Positions 26,011-40,053 are shown, numbered from the whole stretch's first letter. The stretch: DNA of 62,037 bases, filler included, from Perkinsus olseni (GCA_013115125.1; 3 parts of 3 records of this genome joined end to end with filler, not necessarily neighbours in it); one strand, 5' to 3'. The notes: generated by a model from the letters alone, not told the origin. A program made the numbers and translations.

Positions 26011-27859
26011 CAGCAGCCACAGCTTATGCAACGCGAGGAAGACCATTCCTACCCAAGTTGGTTGGAGGTGAGTGCACTCGCCGCTACCTTCCTCGGCACG
26101 CCTCCCACTCAGGAGCTACCTTGCTGGGCTGGCTCTCGGTGGGAGTCCTCTGCCGATCGGTCTGTCTCGCCCATAATGCCCTTACACGCATGGAGGTCAA
26201 ATTCGGCGATGCAATGGTGGCCGAGGCTAAAGCCATGGATGGATCGAATGATGTTGTCGATTGAAGTGTTTCTGCACTACCCTTAGGAGGGCCTGTTGTT
26301 GCTCAGCTCTTGCTTGTCAATTAACAGATGGCATTCTTTTGTTCTACTCGGATACATCATCTAGTATCAGTGGTGGTGTTGTTGTACATAGAAATATCTT
26401 TGGTGCATCCTCGTGGCAACGTCACTTGGTCCACGACTAGTTGGTTACGACTATAGACGTATCACACGGTTCACTAGCGTCAGTTCTCAAGAGATGGTCG
26501 CTACCGTATGAACCCTGTCTACTAGACCCCGTTCGATGCGCTTCGTTGACAGGTAGGGTATGTCAGGTAACGAGGGAAACTCTGCTGCCGATGAATCATG
26601 GCAATGGTGGTACTGCTAAATACCTTGGAAGCACGCTCCGGAATAGGTCACCGTAGTTCTCAACCACTATTCTCTCGTCACTATCAACTCATCGTGGATG
26701 CCATCAAAAAACGTTGCGGTGATCAGTAGGGATGGATTATCGTCTAGGTCTGGCTCGACACGATTGTCTATCTCGCAGATGGTGACCACCCGGCAACAGC
26801 ATGAATCGGGAGTGGAGGCAAGTACGTCCTGTACCTGGATGCTGTCACCAATATGACCTCGAGCGACGGTCGTTCACGTTGTGATGACTGAAGGACAGAA
26901 CTAACAGCTGTTACCTGGTGAATCTTTCTCTCCCTGCATTTTTGGCTACAGCTGTCTTATCGCACCGGCATCTACTTGGCCAGATTGAGACTGTCCTTAA
27001 TAACGAGCAATTCATGACTTAATTATCACGTCTTCCTGCTCTAAGGCTTCGACCGGCTTCTTCTGCGTCTTCCTCCACCCTCACGGTCAACGTCCCAGCA
27101 TCTACTTGGCGTTGCGCCGTGATTCTACTTATCATTCAGTATTGTGGATGGGTTCCGAGAATGAATGCATCCCAGTACGTTGATGAGTTCGGAGCGAATG
27201 GGGTGCACTCTCTCGAGCCCGAAAACGCCGCGGGTCCGAAATTTCAGGGGACCAGTTCGAGCTTTAGTGATCGGTGTGGAATTGAGTTGACGTATTGCAT
27301 TCTGTCCCCGACTAGTTACAGTTGCTACAGTCTCCCGTTTCAGGACGCAGAGAGTCTACATCCCTTCTACGACGTCGCGGTTCTCAGTGTGTACCAGCAA
27401 AGTTGCCCTCTCGAGTGAACGGGAGATTACTTTAGAAGTTTTCGACGATGCCGCCGGGTAGGGACTGTGGAAGTCAGACAGTTCTGGTCAGCCTAGCATC
27501 AAGTCTGCTTCACATTAGGATCCGATCCCATCGTCGTCAATGCGAGCGACACGAAGGTCGTGGCTCACGATGATCTACCAGAGAGGGAGGCGAGCCATGG
27601 TCCAACGAGCGTTGCAGGTGAGACACTCATCGTAAGAGTGTGTCAGTCGGGCCGGTTATGTATCAGATGCCTCCGCGGGGAGATGAAAAGCCGAGCAAAC
27701 CACAGACGGGAAATTTCAGATGAATTTCGTTACCAGTTACTCGTTGTGAAGTCTCAGCTCAGCTGAGTCAGCTGGCCAGAGTCCTGAATTTCTCCTTTAC
27801 CGGATTTCTGGCTTCACCGGTGAATACTTATCGCTTTGTCTTTTCCAATCGCAATCTTT

Positions 27860-28560
27860 AATGAGGCGGCTATTTGGGTCCGTCGAGCTACACCAGTTAC
27901 CAAGAACCTCAGATCATAACGAACGCTCGCTTTGAGCCGTCCAGCCGTCGAAGAGCCACTCGCGATGCCAGAGAGGCCATCAGTGCCTGGCTGGATAAGG
28001 GATGATCATCATCATGTGCGGGAGACTACCATAGTCGGACGATTGTAGTCTCCCGAATATTATGTTTGAGATTGCGGGGTTTCTCGAGACGCTGCCATAC
28101 TATTGAAGTGTAGGCATTGAGTAGGCCAAGTCTAGGGCTACTCATTCTCTACACTGACGGCTCCTTCACTGAGAGCACGAAGCGGGGTGCCAGGGTGGGC
28201 GCTGCGGCTGTCAAGATGAGCCGGACGAAAAAGAACTGTATCAAAGCTGCATTCTTCCCAAGTATTGCAAAATCTACCAGGCTGAACTCACGGGCATGAA
28301 GGTGGCATTCGAACATATGCAGGTGTGGTGAGTGGATAGGCAACTGTCACGTGTATATACACGTGAACTCCCAAGCCGTACTCAACACCATGCTTGGCGG
28401 TCATGAGGGAACTCACTAAGGAAAAGTTTAAGATATCGATTAGCTGGGTGAATGGCCACAGGGGACACGTCGCAAACGAGTCAAGTGACTGTGTGGCGGG
28501 ACAGGCGCAACGGAAGGGGCAGGCTCTCAGACATCGAGTTTTATGGATACTTGGAGAGGC
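27860..28560 (+). mobile_element. non-LTR retrotransposon RNase HI relic
   Basis: ILYTDGS, IYQAELTGMKVA, VYIHVNSQAVL and ISWVNGHRGHVANESSDCVA occur across shifted frames. Confidence 0.8.
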
Positions 28561-30240
28561 CTTAGACTGATCGTGAATTGGATGGGAGGGCAATAGTGAA
28601 GAGAACCGGCTATGAGATCTGCGAGTGTCGTCTTGACGCCGTCAAGTTGACGGTTTTGGATGCCCAAGTCGCAATAATCTGAGTGCCAAAGTCGAAGCTC
28701 CTTTGGAGAAGTTTGCTTGTTCTTGCGTTCAGCGTCTCGTTTTGGAGCTGATGGTAAAATTGGAGCTCGAATGTTCATCATTCTCCGCGTTCATGAGTGT
28801 CGTTCTGAGTCATTAACTCAGGTGATTACTTCATGTCGGCGCATCGGGTGCGGAAAGGAATGGCCCTGCTAAGGCGAGGCTCACCAGGTCTAAACTCCTC
28901 CGACTTTCTCTTGCGTGCTCTACAACGGTCCATTGAATGGACCCCATTCATCACATCTTCGCGGCGTGTGCAGGAGCGAAGCCAACGGAGGAGTTTCAGG
29001 ACGCCTTATAAGAGCGGGTTTACTGACGTGAGTGAGCCTCACTCAGTTAGGCTTGCTAGGAGATGTTACGAGAGTTGATGGAGAGCATTACGACGTTCTC
29101 TCCACGAGAGCAGGGACCTACCCTGCTCGCTGTGGCGATGAAATGCACAAGCGCGTGTTCGTATTGACTGCTGTGACGGTGGTCGAGGTCGATGCCTGAA
29201 GGTGGTTATCCACTAGGCATCCTCCGGCTTGGTGACTACTGTTAGCTCGACTCATTTGGCCGTTGCGCTGCGAGGCTCCCACAACTCGATCCGGCTTCAC
29301 GATTAGACATTGCCTTATCCGTATGACTCTGTTGTGTGGGCTCCTCCTACGCGACTCTCGTCATGGTTCTCCAGCTTTTATTGATTGAGAGAAGGCTTCC
29401 TTAGTGGCTCAATCCCTTCACCGTTCCATGTCGCGGAGTCCGATGTATCATTCTAGTAATCTCTATTACTTGCAGCACATAATGGAGCCTGGCATCATCA
29501 CGTTGTGGCACATGTACTGTCTCAAGACGCATCGGGGTCGGATGTCACATTTGGGATGGGTAATGACGTAGTTTTACACCGCCAAACTCGCCGATCGTTG
29601 ACAGCAGGTAGCTCGTCCCAGAAGAAGAGGTGGGCGAAAGGCTCTTCATCTGTTAGCGTGAAACTCATCGAGAGATGGTGATCGCCGCTACGAGATGATC
29701 ATCCTTCCGGAGATGATATTGCATGCATCTCAGTAGAAGCTTGTTCGATCAGTCAAGATGTCGTTGGATACCGCCAGGTGTCGCACGATCATCGTTTAAC
29801 GGTGGAATCAGGATGTTACTAAAGGTCTCCTGAGGCGAGCCACTGCAGCGCCTCACGCATAAGGTATGAGCAGCCACCGAAGGCCATAGTTGAAGAAGGG
29901 TCCACCCCTCGACCGTCGGGGTTCGATGGAAAATGAATAGCATGCATAGAGGAGAGAGGGAGTTCAACATGAGTCTCTCCGCTGTTGTCATGCTCGTGTG
30001 CCAGGATTCGAAGGTGATCACTCTTCAGCAGTGTGCACGTACATGATGTAAGGTACATCTTTCCGTTTCCGTTGCCGCTGAGCGTCTTGCATCATAGCAG
30101 AGTCTTTACAGTGCACTCCTTGTATTCTAGTTGAGTTGGTCGAAGTTGCATTAATTAAACGTGTAGATGACAATTTTTCTGCTCTTCACTCTGCTATGCA
30201 TCGTCACACCAGCAGCAGCAGCAGCAGAGAAGCTCCAGCC

Positions 30241-31821
30241 ATGTCCCGCCGGCATCGACTCAGCTACATGCAGTTCTCCACAAGTAGTTCGTTCGCGTAT
30301 GCTCTAATGCCCTTATTGCTTCTTGGTCGTTGTATCAGGTGAGCACGGAAGATCCCCACGTCAAGACAGCGGATTACCATGATGAGCTCGAGGCTGAGGT
30401 GAGGCCTGCACTCTCCCATCGTGATCGTAACCTCAACCACCACAAGCTGCTGATTCGGACAGCGTGTCTCCCACGCCTGACTACGATCTTGATCATTAGC
30501 TCTGGGTCCACGAATGATAGAATTCAGGTCAGCAGGAATGTGGAACGGAAACTTGCAAAGGAACGACGCGAACGTGCAGAGACAGCCGAAGCTGTCAAGG
30601 CGAAGTTCGCCAGTGTTGTGGATAAAATAGACGAGAATGGCATGGCTGTTGTCAAAAGCTCTACCGTGAGTGTCTGCCGGGATGATCGCAATATATTTTT
30701 ACTCTCCTCAGAGATCCGTCACGGAAACGTTGACGCCGAAGAGGCTTCTCGACATCACAGCCGTTGTCGCTGACTTTGCCGATCGTGCGGTGGGTAGATT
30801 CGACGATTACGCCCGGTGAGTGCAGGGAGGAGCTGCCCGTTCCCTACCGCTCTCGCCGTCTCTAGTGGTTGGCCTGGAGCAGAACTGATGATTATGAGCA
30901 GTCTTCGAGACTTCCAGTGATTCTTACTTGTGTGATCAGGCTACACGATAAGTCTGTTGGGAAGTTCAGCGAGTTCGCCCTTCGTCGACCATTTTCGGTG
31001 GAGACGATCTCTCCCGTCCTCAACAGTGAGAAGTGAGTCCTCTGCCCGTCGGAAATATTTTGGCAGCTCGAGCTGTGATATTATTTCCCTTTGGGTATGA
31101 GCTGCAGCTTTGAATTGAACCCGAGGTCTAATGCAGGGTAAAGAGACGTTAGAGCCAACTAGACCATCGCAACTTACCAGTCGTTTCCGGTGCTCTCCTC
31201 TAGAGGCTGACCCCTTGGGGGTGACTTCTGCGAGGTTCGCGGTGCGAGGTTGCGGCTTCGGGAGGTTCGCTGAGTTTGATTGCCCTGCAGGTACGAGTAT
31301 CTTCACAAGGCATCTCTTTGGAATGGGATTGCCAACGCGTAAGTCTACTTCAGCTGCCCTGTGGTACGCTGAAGGGAAGGGTGGCCTGTTGCTAGGTACT
31401 TCACTCGCCACTTCAACCAGTCCAAGGTGACCAAGAGTTTGATAACAGCAACAATAGTCATGCCGAAGGCATTGGTAATTATACGGAACTCGTTCGCGTG
31501 CAGCGGTATTACCCTCAGACCAGCCAGTGGAATCTTACGGAGGCGTGGACGAGCAGGAGGCTAGATGATGACAAACAGTGGAATCGGGTCCCTCGTGGGA
31601 TGTTAGTGAGTTGCACGCTGGAAGACTCTGCGAGTTCTTCAATCTTTCCGAGCTTCACGCTCACGCGAAAGGTCCACAGTGTAACCTGCTTGGCGCACTC
31701 ATCTAGGTGGTTATCGTTCCACTTGATGATACAACCGATTCAAGTGAACAGCTGGAGCTCCTGTTCGGGGACGGAGAGAGCCTGTTTCCCCAGATCGCTG
31801 TGGGCGAGGTTCTCCTTCTAG
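30241..31821 (+). CDS. hypothetical multi-exon gene, boundaries uncertain
   Basis: A series of phase-compatible GT-AG exons (VSTEDPHVKTADYHDELEAE|VSRNVERKLAKERRE...|RSVTETLTPKRLLD...). No family recognised. Confidence 0.4.
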
Positions 31822-32379
31822 GTAGGTCTTACCTATTAGTGGAGGCCTATCACGTGGACGGCTGGGCCGCTGGATAGCAGCTCTTTAGGGCCCGGAACCA
31901 AGTATCGCATACGAGAAAACAGCGGGCCGAGGCCGTGGCAATATCTTACAATTCACTACTCGAAGTCTCGGAAGGGCCTGAGGAAGCTCTTCTCAAAATC
32001 CTTCGGTGGGGCAGCTGCTGTTGAGTCGCTTCACTCGTCCACTTGAAGAAAATTCGTGCTGATGTTTTCCAGGGCCCGATCCTCTCTTCGACGACGAAAG
32101 CAGTGTTCCGTCTGGGGTAGTGACTTACGAAGATCTACAAGAGTTCCATGGGCAGCAAAGCGCGGGAAAGCAGGCATCACAGGAGAGGGTGAGTCGTCTC
32201 GGGTGGTCTGCTCTCTCGATATTACCGAGGGTAATACCAACACCGTGACAATCTCATCGCCCATCTCCATGTGCCACATAGAGATGGGCACCTGGACCAC
32301 ATGACCTCTGTCCAGTGGTAAGTCACCACAAGCCATGTGACGAGATGAGCCGTTATGATGATAGGACTTGTACAAGTCT

Positions 32380-33360
32380 TATCATCTGAAATTGAAGTGT
32401 CGATAGTTTTTGATTCCAGTGACTACAAACGCAGAGAAACACATGGACTTACTCAGTGCACTATGGGGAACACGATCGTGAGGTCAAATTTTGTATGTAT
32501 TGAATCCCACTTCAGCCCCACTCACGGCCAGCCGTGTTGTCCGAGTTGACGGAATCAAAATCAGTTTCCCCTTTTCAAATGGGTGCTCTTTCCTTGACCT
32601 ATCCATCTCTGGTCTCAGCGACGCATCTCACGTGGCCACACTCATGGCCGTTAGACGAATCAAGTTGAGAACTGTGCCACAGAGCCTCTCCCCGAGAGGC
32701 TCTCGGCGATGCCGAGTCGACACAGTATGTGATGTTCCGGTACCACAATCGGAGGGCGTTGCTGGTGTGCGGCCAGGAATGCTGCCTTGAAGAAGCGACT
32801 CGGCCATGCCTCGCATAGCCGTAAGTTGGATTTAGTGGCTTGGACACAGGCGGTGGGTCCGAAATTACATGTGCAGGGTGCCGCTATTCACCAACCTGAG
32901 GAAGTCCACCCCGTGCCGCATGTGTATCGAACCGAAGGAGTTGAACCGATTCAGTTAGAAGGCTGGGAATGATAACGTCGTTATCATAACGATGTGGACA
33001 TGAGTCTCCCTGGTCGAATCTTGGGGCCTCCGTGGGAGGAGCCGGGAAGAATCTGAGCGGCTTGGAAAGACTAAGATCGGTGTGGAAGGAAGACTAAAGA
33101 CATCAATGTATTCCACGAGAATATCTGACCTCTGGACAAGTTTCGGTGCTTTCTGTAAGGGTCTTACACTTCTCTGTTGGAACATGATTTGTTGGGGTCA
33201 CTACCCCGAGCTGTACAAGAGAGCGAAGATTGTCTTCATTGACAAACGCAGGGGCGAAGGGACCCAAAGGCTAGAGCCCACTCGCGCTAACCTCATGCAT
33301 GGCCAAACTCATCGAGGTAATCATCGCGGACAGCGTTCTCAGGAAGTCTTTGCTGCATGA
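32380..33360 (+). mobile_element. LINE relic (APE C-terminus to RT N-terminus)
   Basis: YVLNPTSAP and NGCSFLDLSI resemble the APE end. GHYPELYKRAKIVFIDK and LTSCMAKLIEVII resemble RT domains 1-2. The sequence is frameshifted. Confidence 0.7.
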
Positions 33361-33756
33361 TCTTAGTGGCTCAGCCTGAGCCTCACACCATGATGCACTG
33401 TTCTATTTGGATAAGCTAATCGACGATTGGCAGCAACAGCCGTTGCCGCGTTGCTTGATCGCATCGGGCCCTATTAGGGCCGCCCTAAGCGGTTTACATT
33501 CAGCTTGAATGATTCAAGCAGCTCCTCTGTTTTTCTGGTCGAAACGTTAAGACTCCATTCGGGATTTTTTTCGAAACCATGCTTTTGCGTTTGGGATCCC
33601 CACGAGAAGTGATCAACCTTTGCCTCCTATCGGTTTTCCTTAGGGTGTCCTCGGACTCGCCTGCGCGGAAGTTTTTGGCTACGCAAAGTTGGTGGCGACC
33701 TGTTTTCTCGCTTTGACCAGCTTCTGCATTGACGCGATCGACTATCTGCCTAGTGC

Positions 33757-34560
33757 TTGCATCAGTCCCTAGTGCCCGAGAAGCTGCCTATTCGCTTGCA
33801 TCAGGAAGTCGTCAAGTCGGCTGCGGCTACTTTCATGGAGGAAGGAATGGTGATGCTGCAAGGAGCAACAGCGGGCCTGAGTCTGGACGAAGCCAAACAT
33901 GCAACTGAGAAAATAGAAGTGAGTGGCAGTTTTCTACCCGTTTTCTGGGAGGATCTCTCGCTCAGGAATTCTCTAACCGTGCTTTGCAGCGGTATATGTA
34001 TTACTTCTATACCGCTGCTAAACGGAACAAGACCGATGACGAAGTTTTGGGCCATTTCTATGACGTAGGTGCGGTATCATGTAAATGTGAAATGATAGTT
34101 GCATTTCAAGAGAAGAGGCGAACGGTCTCAGGCCGTCGCTAAATAGCCGGTCTTTTTTCAGGCGTAGATTCCGTTACAGTGATAAATCATTGTCGAGACC
34201 TTGTGTGTAGATTGGCTTCCGTCACCGAGGCCGCGTAGAGGTCGTTCCACCGAAGCTCAATACAAATGGATTCCGATCAAAGCTGAAACAGAGTAACTCA
34301 CTTACCTTGTGCGTTTCTTGACACCTTCCGGCTATATTACACTTCATCGGAAGCACGTCCTACGGCCATTTGATGAGCCTTCCAATCGAAGCTGAAATGT
34401 CCAGTGCATGAGCTTCCTGCTCAACCGCGAGCTTGGTGAAGTACGTCGGCTTCTTTCAGAGCTGTTGTATCGCCTCGTGGACGAACTCTTCAACGGATCT
34501 TTCGTGATGGGTCCAATTGTCGGAAAGATAAGCTTTCCTAAGGAGATGTGCGAGGTAAGT
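33757..34560 (+). pseudogene. exon-like fragments of an unknown gene, probably decayed
   Basis: GT-AG bounded segments (EVVKSAAATFMEEG...KIE|RYMYYFYT...), with stops in later segments. Confidence 0.25.
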
Positions 34561-37500
34561 TGTCACTCAGCGGTTCTGGTCGCCTTCCAGCAATTGGAGC
34601 ACCCGTGACGTGGCCTTGAAGTCTTCCTCAAGCATTCTGAGTCGAGTGGGTGTCCACTCGAAAGAGAAAAAGTTCTTATGAGTGATAACTTATCAGACAC
34701 GATAACTCATAAGTTATCACAGTATTTCTGTGGTTCGTGTCTGAACCGCCGCTGCAATGCAATTGCCTTTGTCAGCCCTGGCGAGAATGGGCCACAGAAT
34801 GGCTGGATGGGTTTGACACAGTTGCTGAGAGTCCTCGCCAGCACTGGTTCCGCCGTGAGAAAGGCTTCACCAACTCGGACGATAAGTAACAAGGATCTAG
34901 ACTCTACTGAGCTCAAGGGTATCCTGGCGGATCAGCTGCACCCGACTGAGCTGTTTCAGGACTCGGGAGCGCAGGAGAGATCGAGTTAGCGGTGTCATCG
35001 TGACGATACCCCTGCTGGGCTGGCAGGGCGGCGAGGTCGAATTCATGGCTCAAAGTCAGCGAGATAAAGTTGCCGGCCAATTTCACGTTTGGCATGCTCC
35101 GGAGAACCCGGCAGCCGGCAGGTGAATACACTTCGCCGAGAACGCCATCCATCCACCAAGCCACAGTGGCTCAGCCACTGTTCCGCCGCGAAACTTCCGC
35201 GGTAGCCGCGGCGCGGTTCCTGTGGCCCACTGCGCTACGGGTCGCTGATTCCGCTTGAATGGGCTGCGCTGGTCCTACGGCTGTCTGGACTCTAGGGAAC
35301 CTGTGGTCTCAGCTCATAGCTAAGGTCGCGCACGATGGCCTGAGTGTATTGTGTAAATTGCTTGATACGGTGTATTTACAGTGTACACATCAGGCGCCTC
35401 GTCAATATATCCATGGGCGCCGGTGATGCTTTATTCACCGATTCGAGGCTATTGCATAGACCAACAGTCAACTCTGGTGCAACTCCAGTACGACCATCGT
35501 TGCTACCTTCTCTGCATACTATTTCAGGTACCAACTTTGGAGCTTTTTTTCGCTAAGTCAGACGCGGCGTTGGAGAGAATCACGATGCTCGGTACTTCGT
35601 GGCTAGTAAGACAGTGTTGGGGAATTTTCGGTCGATGCGGCATTCGAAGTGTTCATCGCTGACTTCTTCCATTCTCGTATACAATCTAGCTAGTCTCTCT
35701 CTAGTCTAGTCGATACCCTCGCCCCAATGACTCTGGGCGATTCGTTCGTCAGTTCCGAAGTAGTTGATCGCGCGGTGCCAACTCGGAGGTTCATGTATCC
35801 CTCGAGTTTGAGCGGAGATCGTTTCCCAGTAAAATGCTATTCCTCCGCTAGGTCCCAAAGAAAGAGTACCAAAAGGCAGTCGCTGAGCAAGAAGAGCTCG
35901 AGAACGCCGCAGAAGATGTGTAAGGCGGTTCATAGCATCCCCGGATGGAGTGGTAACCGCTCCGAGCTAATCTAGCCAGTCGCCAGGGAGCCTCGGAGAT
36001 TGCTTGTTTCAGTTCCTCTGGCTCCAGCGTCTCCGATGCTCAACTAGGTAATTCTATGCCGGATGAGTCCGATGTGAGCTCGCGTTCTTGCGAATCCCGG
36101 CTGAACACCCTCCCAAAGGTCGACGGATATGAGGCATATATCTCACGACAAGAAGAGGCTCTCAAACGGGTCTTTGATACAGCTAAGGATATCATGTCCG
36201 AGGTCGGCTCTTAGCCTTACGCAGTAGCTACTAAGGATGATATTTCTCAGAAGCTCTCCCAAGAAAGGCAGAGGCATTTCGAGCAGCTCGCGGAGCTCCA
36301 GTTGATGAAAGGCGAGCAAACAGGCGAGCAAGAGAGAATACGGTCTGACACTTCGGTGATGATGGTCGTCGGCGAATGAAGTGATAGACAGGTTATCAGA
36401 CAAGAGAGTACAAGCTATGACAGACTACATCGATCAAGTTATGCGCACGCCACCGAGCGACCATCTCAGTAGTAGCAGGAGGTCTCGTTGGTCTAGCAAT
36501 CACGCTGTTGAACTAAGATTCACGAGTCTTGTTAGTTCAGACGACAACACTCTCAGGTACTACAGGTGCTGAGGGTGTTATATAAAAGATCGCTCATGTT
36601 TGATGCAGTATAAGAATTGTCGCTGTGATGATCTTTCTCTGAGTTGTAGTACTGAGGATCCTTGAGGCCTCCAAGCCGGGAGCTACAGCAGTTTCGCTTG
36701 CCGCGATTTCCATTCGCTCTGCGAAGGGAGGAGTATTCGGATAACCTCTATTAGCTTGGAGGATATCCAAATATTATTCGGTTAGGAGTCTCCATGTACT
36801 TCATTCCCCGCCTCGGACGGTTAATCAATGCGAGCCAAGCTGAGGAGCTAAGCGGGTTTGCAAAGATCTACAAAAGTTCGGTAGACAGGAAGGCACAGAC
36901 TAGCTTCAAAACCCCCTTCTACTTGCCAGAGCTTTCGACAGCTTGGAGACCTCCCACCGACTTCCGGTCGCTCTCGGCGTCGAATGATTATCCAAATGAA
37001 TTCGCTCGAGTCCCTTTCAATCCACCTAGTCAGTGTCTCCTGCGAGCCTGTGTTGCGATATTGCTGGCAATGCAAACTCCAGTCCGAACTTCGGACGGGT
37101 ATACCGTTTGATCAGCTGGGTATCCAAGGATCTCATGATCCGCTTTTCGGTTTCACTTCCCCCGCGCCCGACGCGTCACTTAAAGTGACTCACTTTCAAC
37201 TACCCCGCGTCCGACGTGGCTTGTCAGAGCGTTCCCCGCATGTTCATGCTTAACGACTCCGCGGCGGAGTCTCCGCCTCTGAATTTTTGGGGTACACGTC
37301 GAAGCTTGTGTACGCATACGCACCGGATCATGGGGCGAGCGTGACGTGGGTTGCTCATTGAAGAACGAGATTAGTGCTATAGAGCGCACTAATCCCGGAG
37401 AGGAAGACTCCTTGAGTTTTTCGGCCCTCCCGCCACTCCCTCTAGCCCTCACCATCTCCTTGCCACCTGCGGCCGCTCTCGTCCGTTTCTTGTGCTCTCC

Positions 37501-38867
37501 TGCACTCGTCCTAGTACCCGCCAGCTCTCTGGCTCACGTTCGCCGCTTCTCCCGGGCCGCTTTTTCACCGTCCTCGGGGTGCCCCGACTACTCCTTCCGG
37601 TCTCCACCGTATATTCCTCCCTACCTCTTGCCCGTACCCGCCATCTTGCGGCCGCCTCAGCCGCCCACCTCGCATGGTTCTGTTGGGTTCCGAGTCGGAA
37701 CTTCCGACGCGGCGCTTCCGTCGCTCGTCCCTCGCAGCGCCTTGCCCATTCTTCGCCACCTCGGTTCCACTCAGTTCTCCTCTGGGTTGGTGCTCTTCCA
37801 CTTTTCCCTTGCTCACCTGACTCTGCCTTTTCGTGGGGGAACCGCGTCAGATTCGAAGGGAACAGCAGGACCGACCCGCTCGGTCCGACTCAGAGCCTGA
37901 GTCTGGCTATGGCAACGCTCTTCTCTGGACGTGGGGAAGAGTCGAGCTTCTGCCGATATCCAGACTCAGTGAAAGCACCTCCCAACGATCAAGCACTTGC
38001 TGAGCCCTTGGATCTCGGTAGGGTATTTTCGGGTTTATCAGCCTTGGGACTCCCAAGTTGGGAGCAGCTCCCAAGGCTGAGAGGCTTCTATCCCTAGCTC
38101 CCTGGGAGCTTGAACCGAGCTGATATGATGTTTTCAAACCAGAGTTGTGCGCTTGAGCTCCTTGGACCTCGCATCAATGCAGGAAAACAGGTACTCCGCA
38201 GAGTTCCCTCAGAGAGATTGGGAACCAAGATGGATCAGTGATCGATTGTGCGATATTTTTTTGTGTTATCACTAGCAAGGTCGCGTCGAAGATCGAGCGG
38301 GCTAAAATTGTAGAGCATGGGGTAGAGTCTACCCGATAGTCTTTCTACAGAGCCGTACACTGTACGGCGTTGAGTGCACAGCTCGTATCGCCATTGTAGG
38401 CCGCGCGGTACCTGTAAGTTACAGGCTGTAACTTCTCAGACGTGGGATGTGATCGCAGTTGCATCAATCTAGCAACACTCGCAGCTGAGCTGCTAGACGT
38501 GTAACATAAGGTCCGGGGGTATTGGGCTGCAGTGGAGATCGTTTAAACCGGCGATACGCTTAGTCTCATACAGTGAACAGTCCACCTGGCAGTAGGACAT
38601 GCCGCTGGGTCGTGGTTTTCTGGGAAATATGCGAGGGAGATCACGCAGAGATAAAAGGAGAGGGCAATGAAAAAGTGCGATCTTGTGCGGCCCGGGCAGC
38701 TCTCCGATGGAGGTCCTCCATTGGAGGACGCTCAGTTACTAGCGCGCATTCTCTACTAACAATATTACCTCCTTCACAGTGAAGGAGTGACTCCGCCATT
38801 GCTAACAGGCTGTGAGCAATGGCGGAGTGAGTCACAGCGCACGGCTCAGAAATGCTACTCAGCAGCA

Positions 38868-38959
38868 TAGTGTACGAGTGTACGGATGCGAGGAGAGAAC
38901 TAGTATTTAGTGTACGAGTCGTGTACGGAACGGAAGTGTAGTACACTTAGTGTACGAGT
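38868..38959 (+). repeat. three TAGTGTACGAGT copies at exact 40-bp period
   Basis: Copies start at 38868, 38908 and 38948. Confidence 0.85.
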
Positions 38960-39627
38960 TTTCGGAGTACGAATCGTGATACACCCACGACGGGTAGAGG
39001 CTACGGTCAGGCCTCTACCCTCGCTGCCGAGGCACCGAGCGCTACACACTAAAAGCGTAATTGAGTGGGCGCAGTGGGCAACTGAAGTGGGCGCAATTGG
39101 GTTACCTCCGTTGGCGGCACAGGAGCTATACGGCCATACTGTGGATACAGGAGAATCTCTTGTATTCTCAGGAGATCTCGCACGGATTGGGGCTGGGGTT
39201 GGGGCTCTTCCGAATACATAGGGCTTCGCGTGGTGGGCCTTCTTACCCACCGGATCCTCAGAACCCTCATCTCCTGAGTAGATGCCGTGCTCCCGGGCCA
39301 TAGCAAACCCAACCGAACGACCACAACTACGACTGCTCCCATTGCGGCAATGGCATTGCCAACGCGGTGGCCGCTATCAAAGAGCGCTACCTCAAAGCTT
39401 TGGAGAGGTTGAGCCGGGCCTAGCTAGTAGCTAGGCCCAGCCCCACAAACTCCTACAAGATCGACGATCTCGGATCGTACTTCTCTCCTCTCCAGTGGTG
39501 AAAGCTCCCACTTACAAGACGGTTGATGCTGAACCGTCGAACCTTTCCGGCGACTCTATGGCAAAAAGTCGTCTATTGCTAGTTATCAAAGGTCCGTCGG
39601 CAACATCGTGGAGAACCAGGGACACAA

Positions 39628-39934
39628 CAGGGTGGCCCAAAAGTGGGAAGAATGGATCATTCTTCCCATTCCCGGGAATTTCCGGGAATTCCCGGGAATA
39701 TAGCCGGGAAGAAAGAATGCATTCTTCCCCATTGAAACAAGCCCCCCAAATTTTTTTCGCGCATACCCGCCCGTACTCGATCCTCCCTCAAGTCAAACCA
39801 TTGGAATGAAGCACCTAAATACCCGGGAAGAATCTCAAACATTCTTCCTGGGAATATTGAGCATTCTTTCTTCCCGGGAATTTCCGGAATTCCCGGTAAG
39901 AAAGAATAGCATTCTTCCCCGCTGGGCCACCCTG
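39628..39934. mobile_element. hAT-type MITE (307 bp)
   Basis: Perfect 12-bp TIR CAGGGTGGCCCA. 8-bp TSD GGACACAA at 39620-39627 and 39935-39942. Many subterminal GGGAAGAATG/CATTCTTCCC and CCGGGAAT repeats. Confidence 0.92.
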
Positions 39935-40053
39935 GGACACAATTGTCACTAGGAAAAGTGGCTTAGCCCTCAGGGTTACTGGAGGCTCAGACATCAGCCC
40001 GATAGGCTCGGCTATGGAGGTTCAGGCAACGACTTCACTGTGAGATTCACAGT

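Noticed and set aside
28019-28055. 11-bp perfect hairpin CGGGAGACTAC/GTAGTCTCCCG
   Set aside because: It is isolated, lies inside a LINE relic and has no supporting context.
37346-38097. Overlapping 184- and 201-aa ORFs
   Set aside because: They arise from biased pyrimidine-rich sequence with no domain, and are probably the antisense of repeat-derived DNA.
38868-38959. CRISPR-like repeat-spacer geometry
   Set aside because: The repeats are only 12 nt, the spacers are related to each other, there are no cas genes and the context is eukaryotic.
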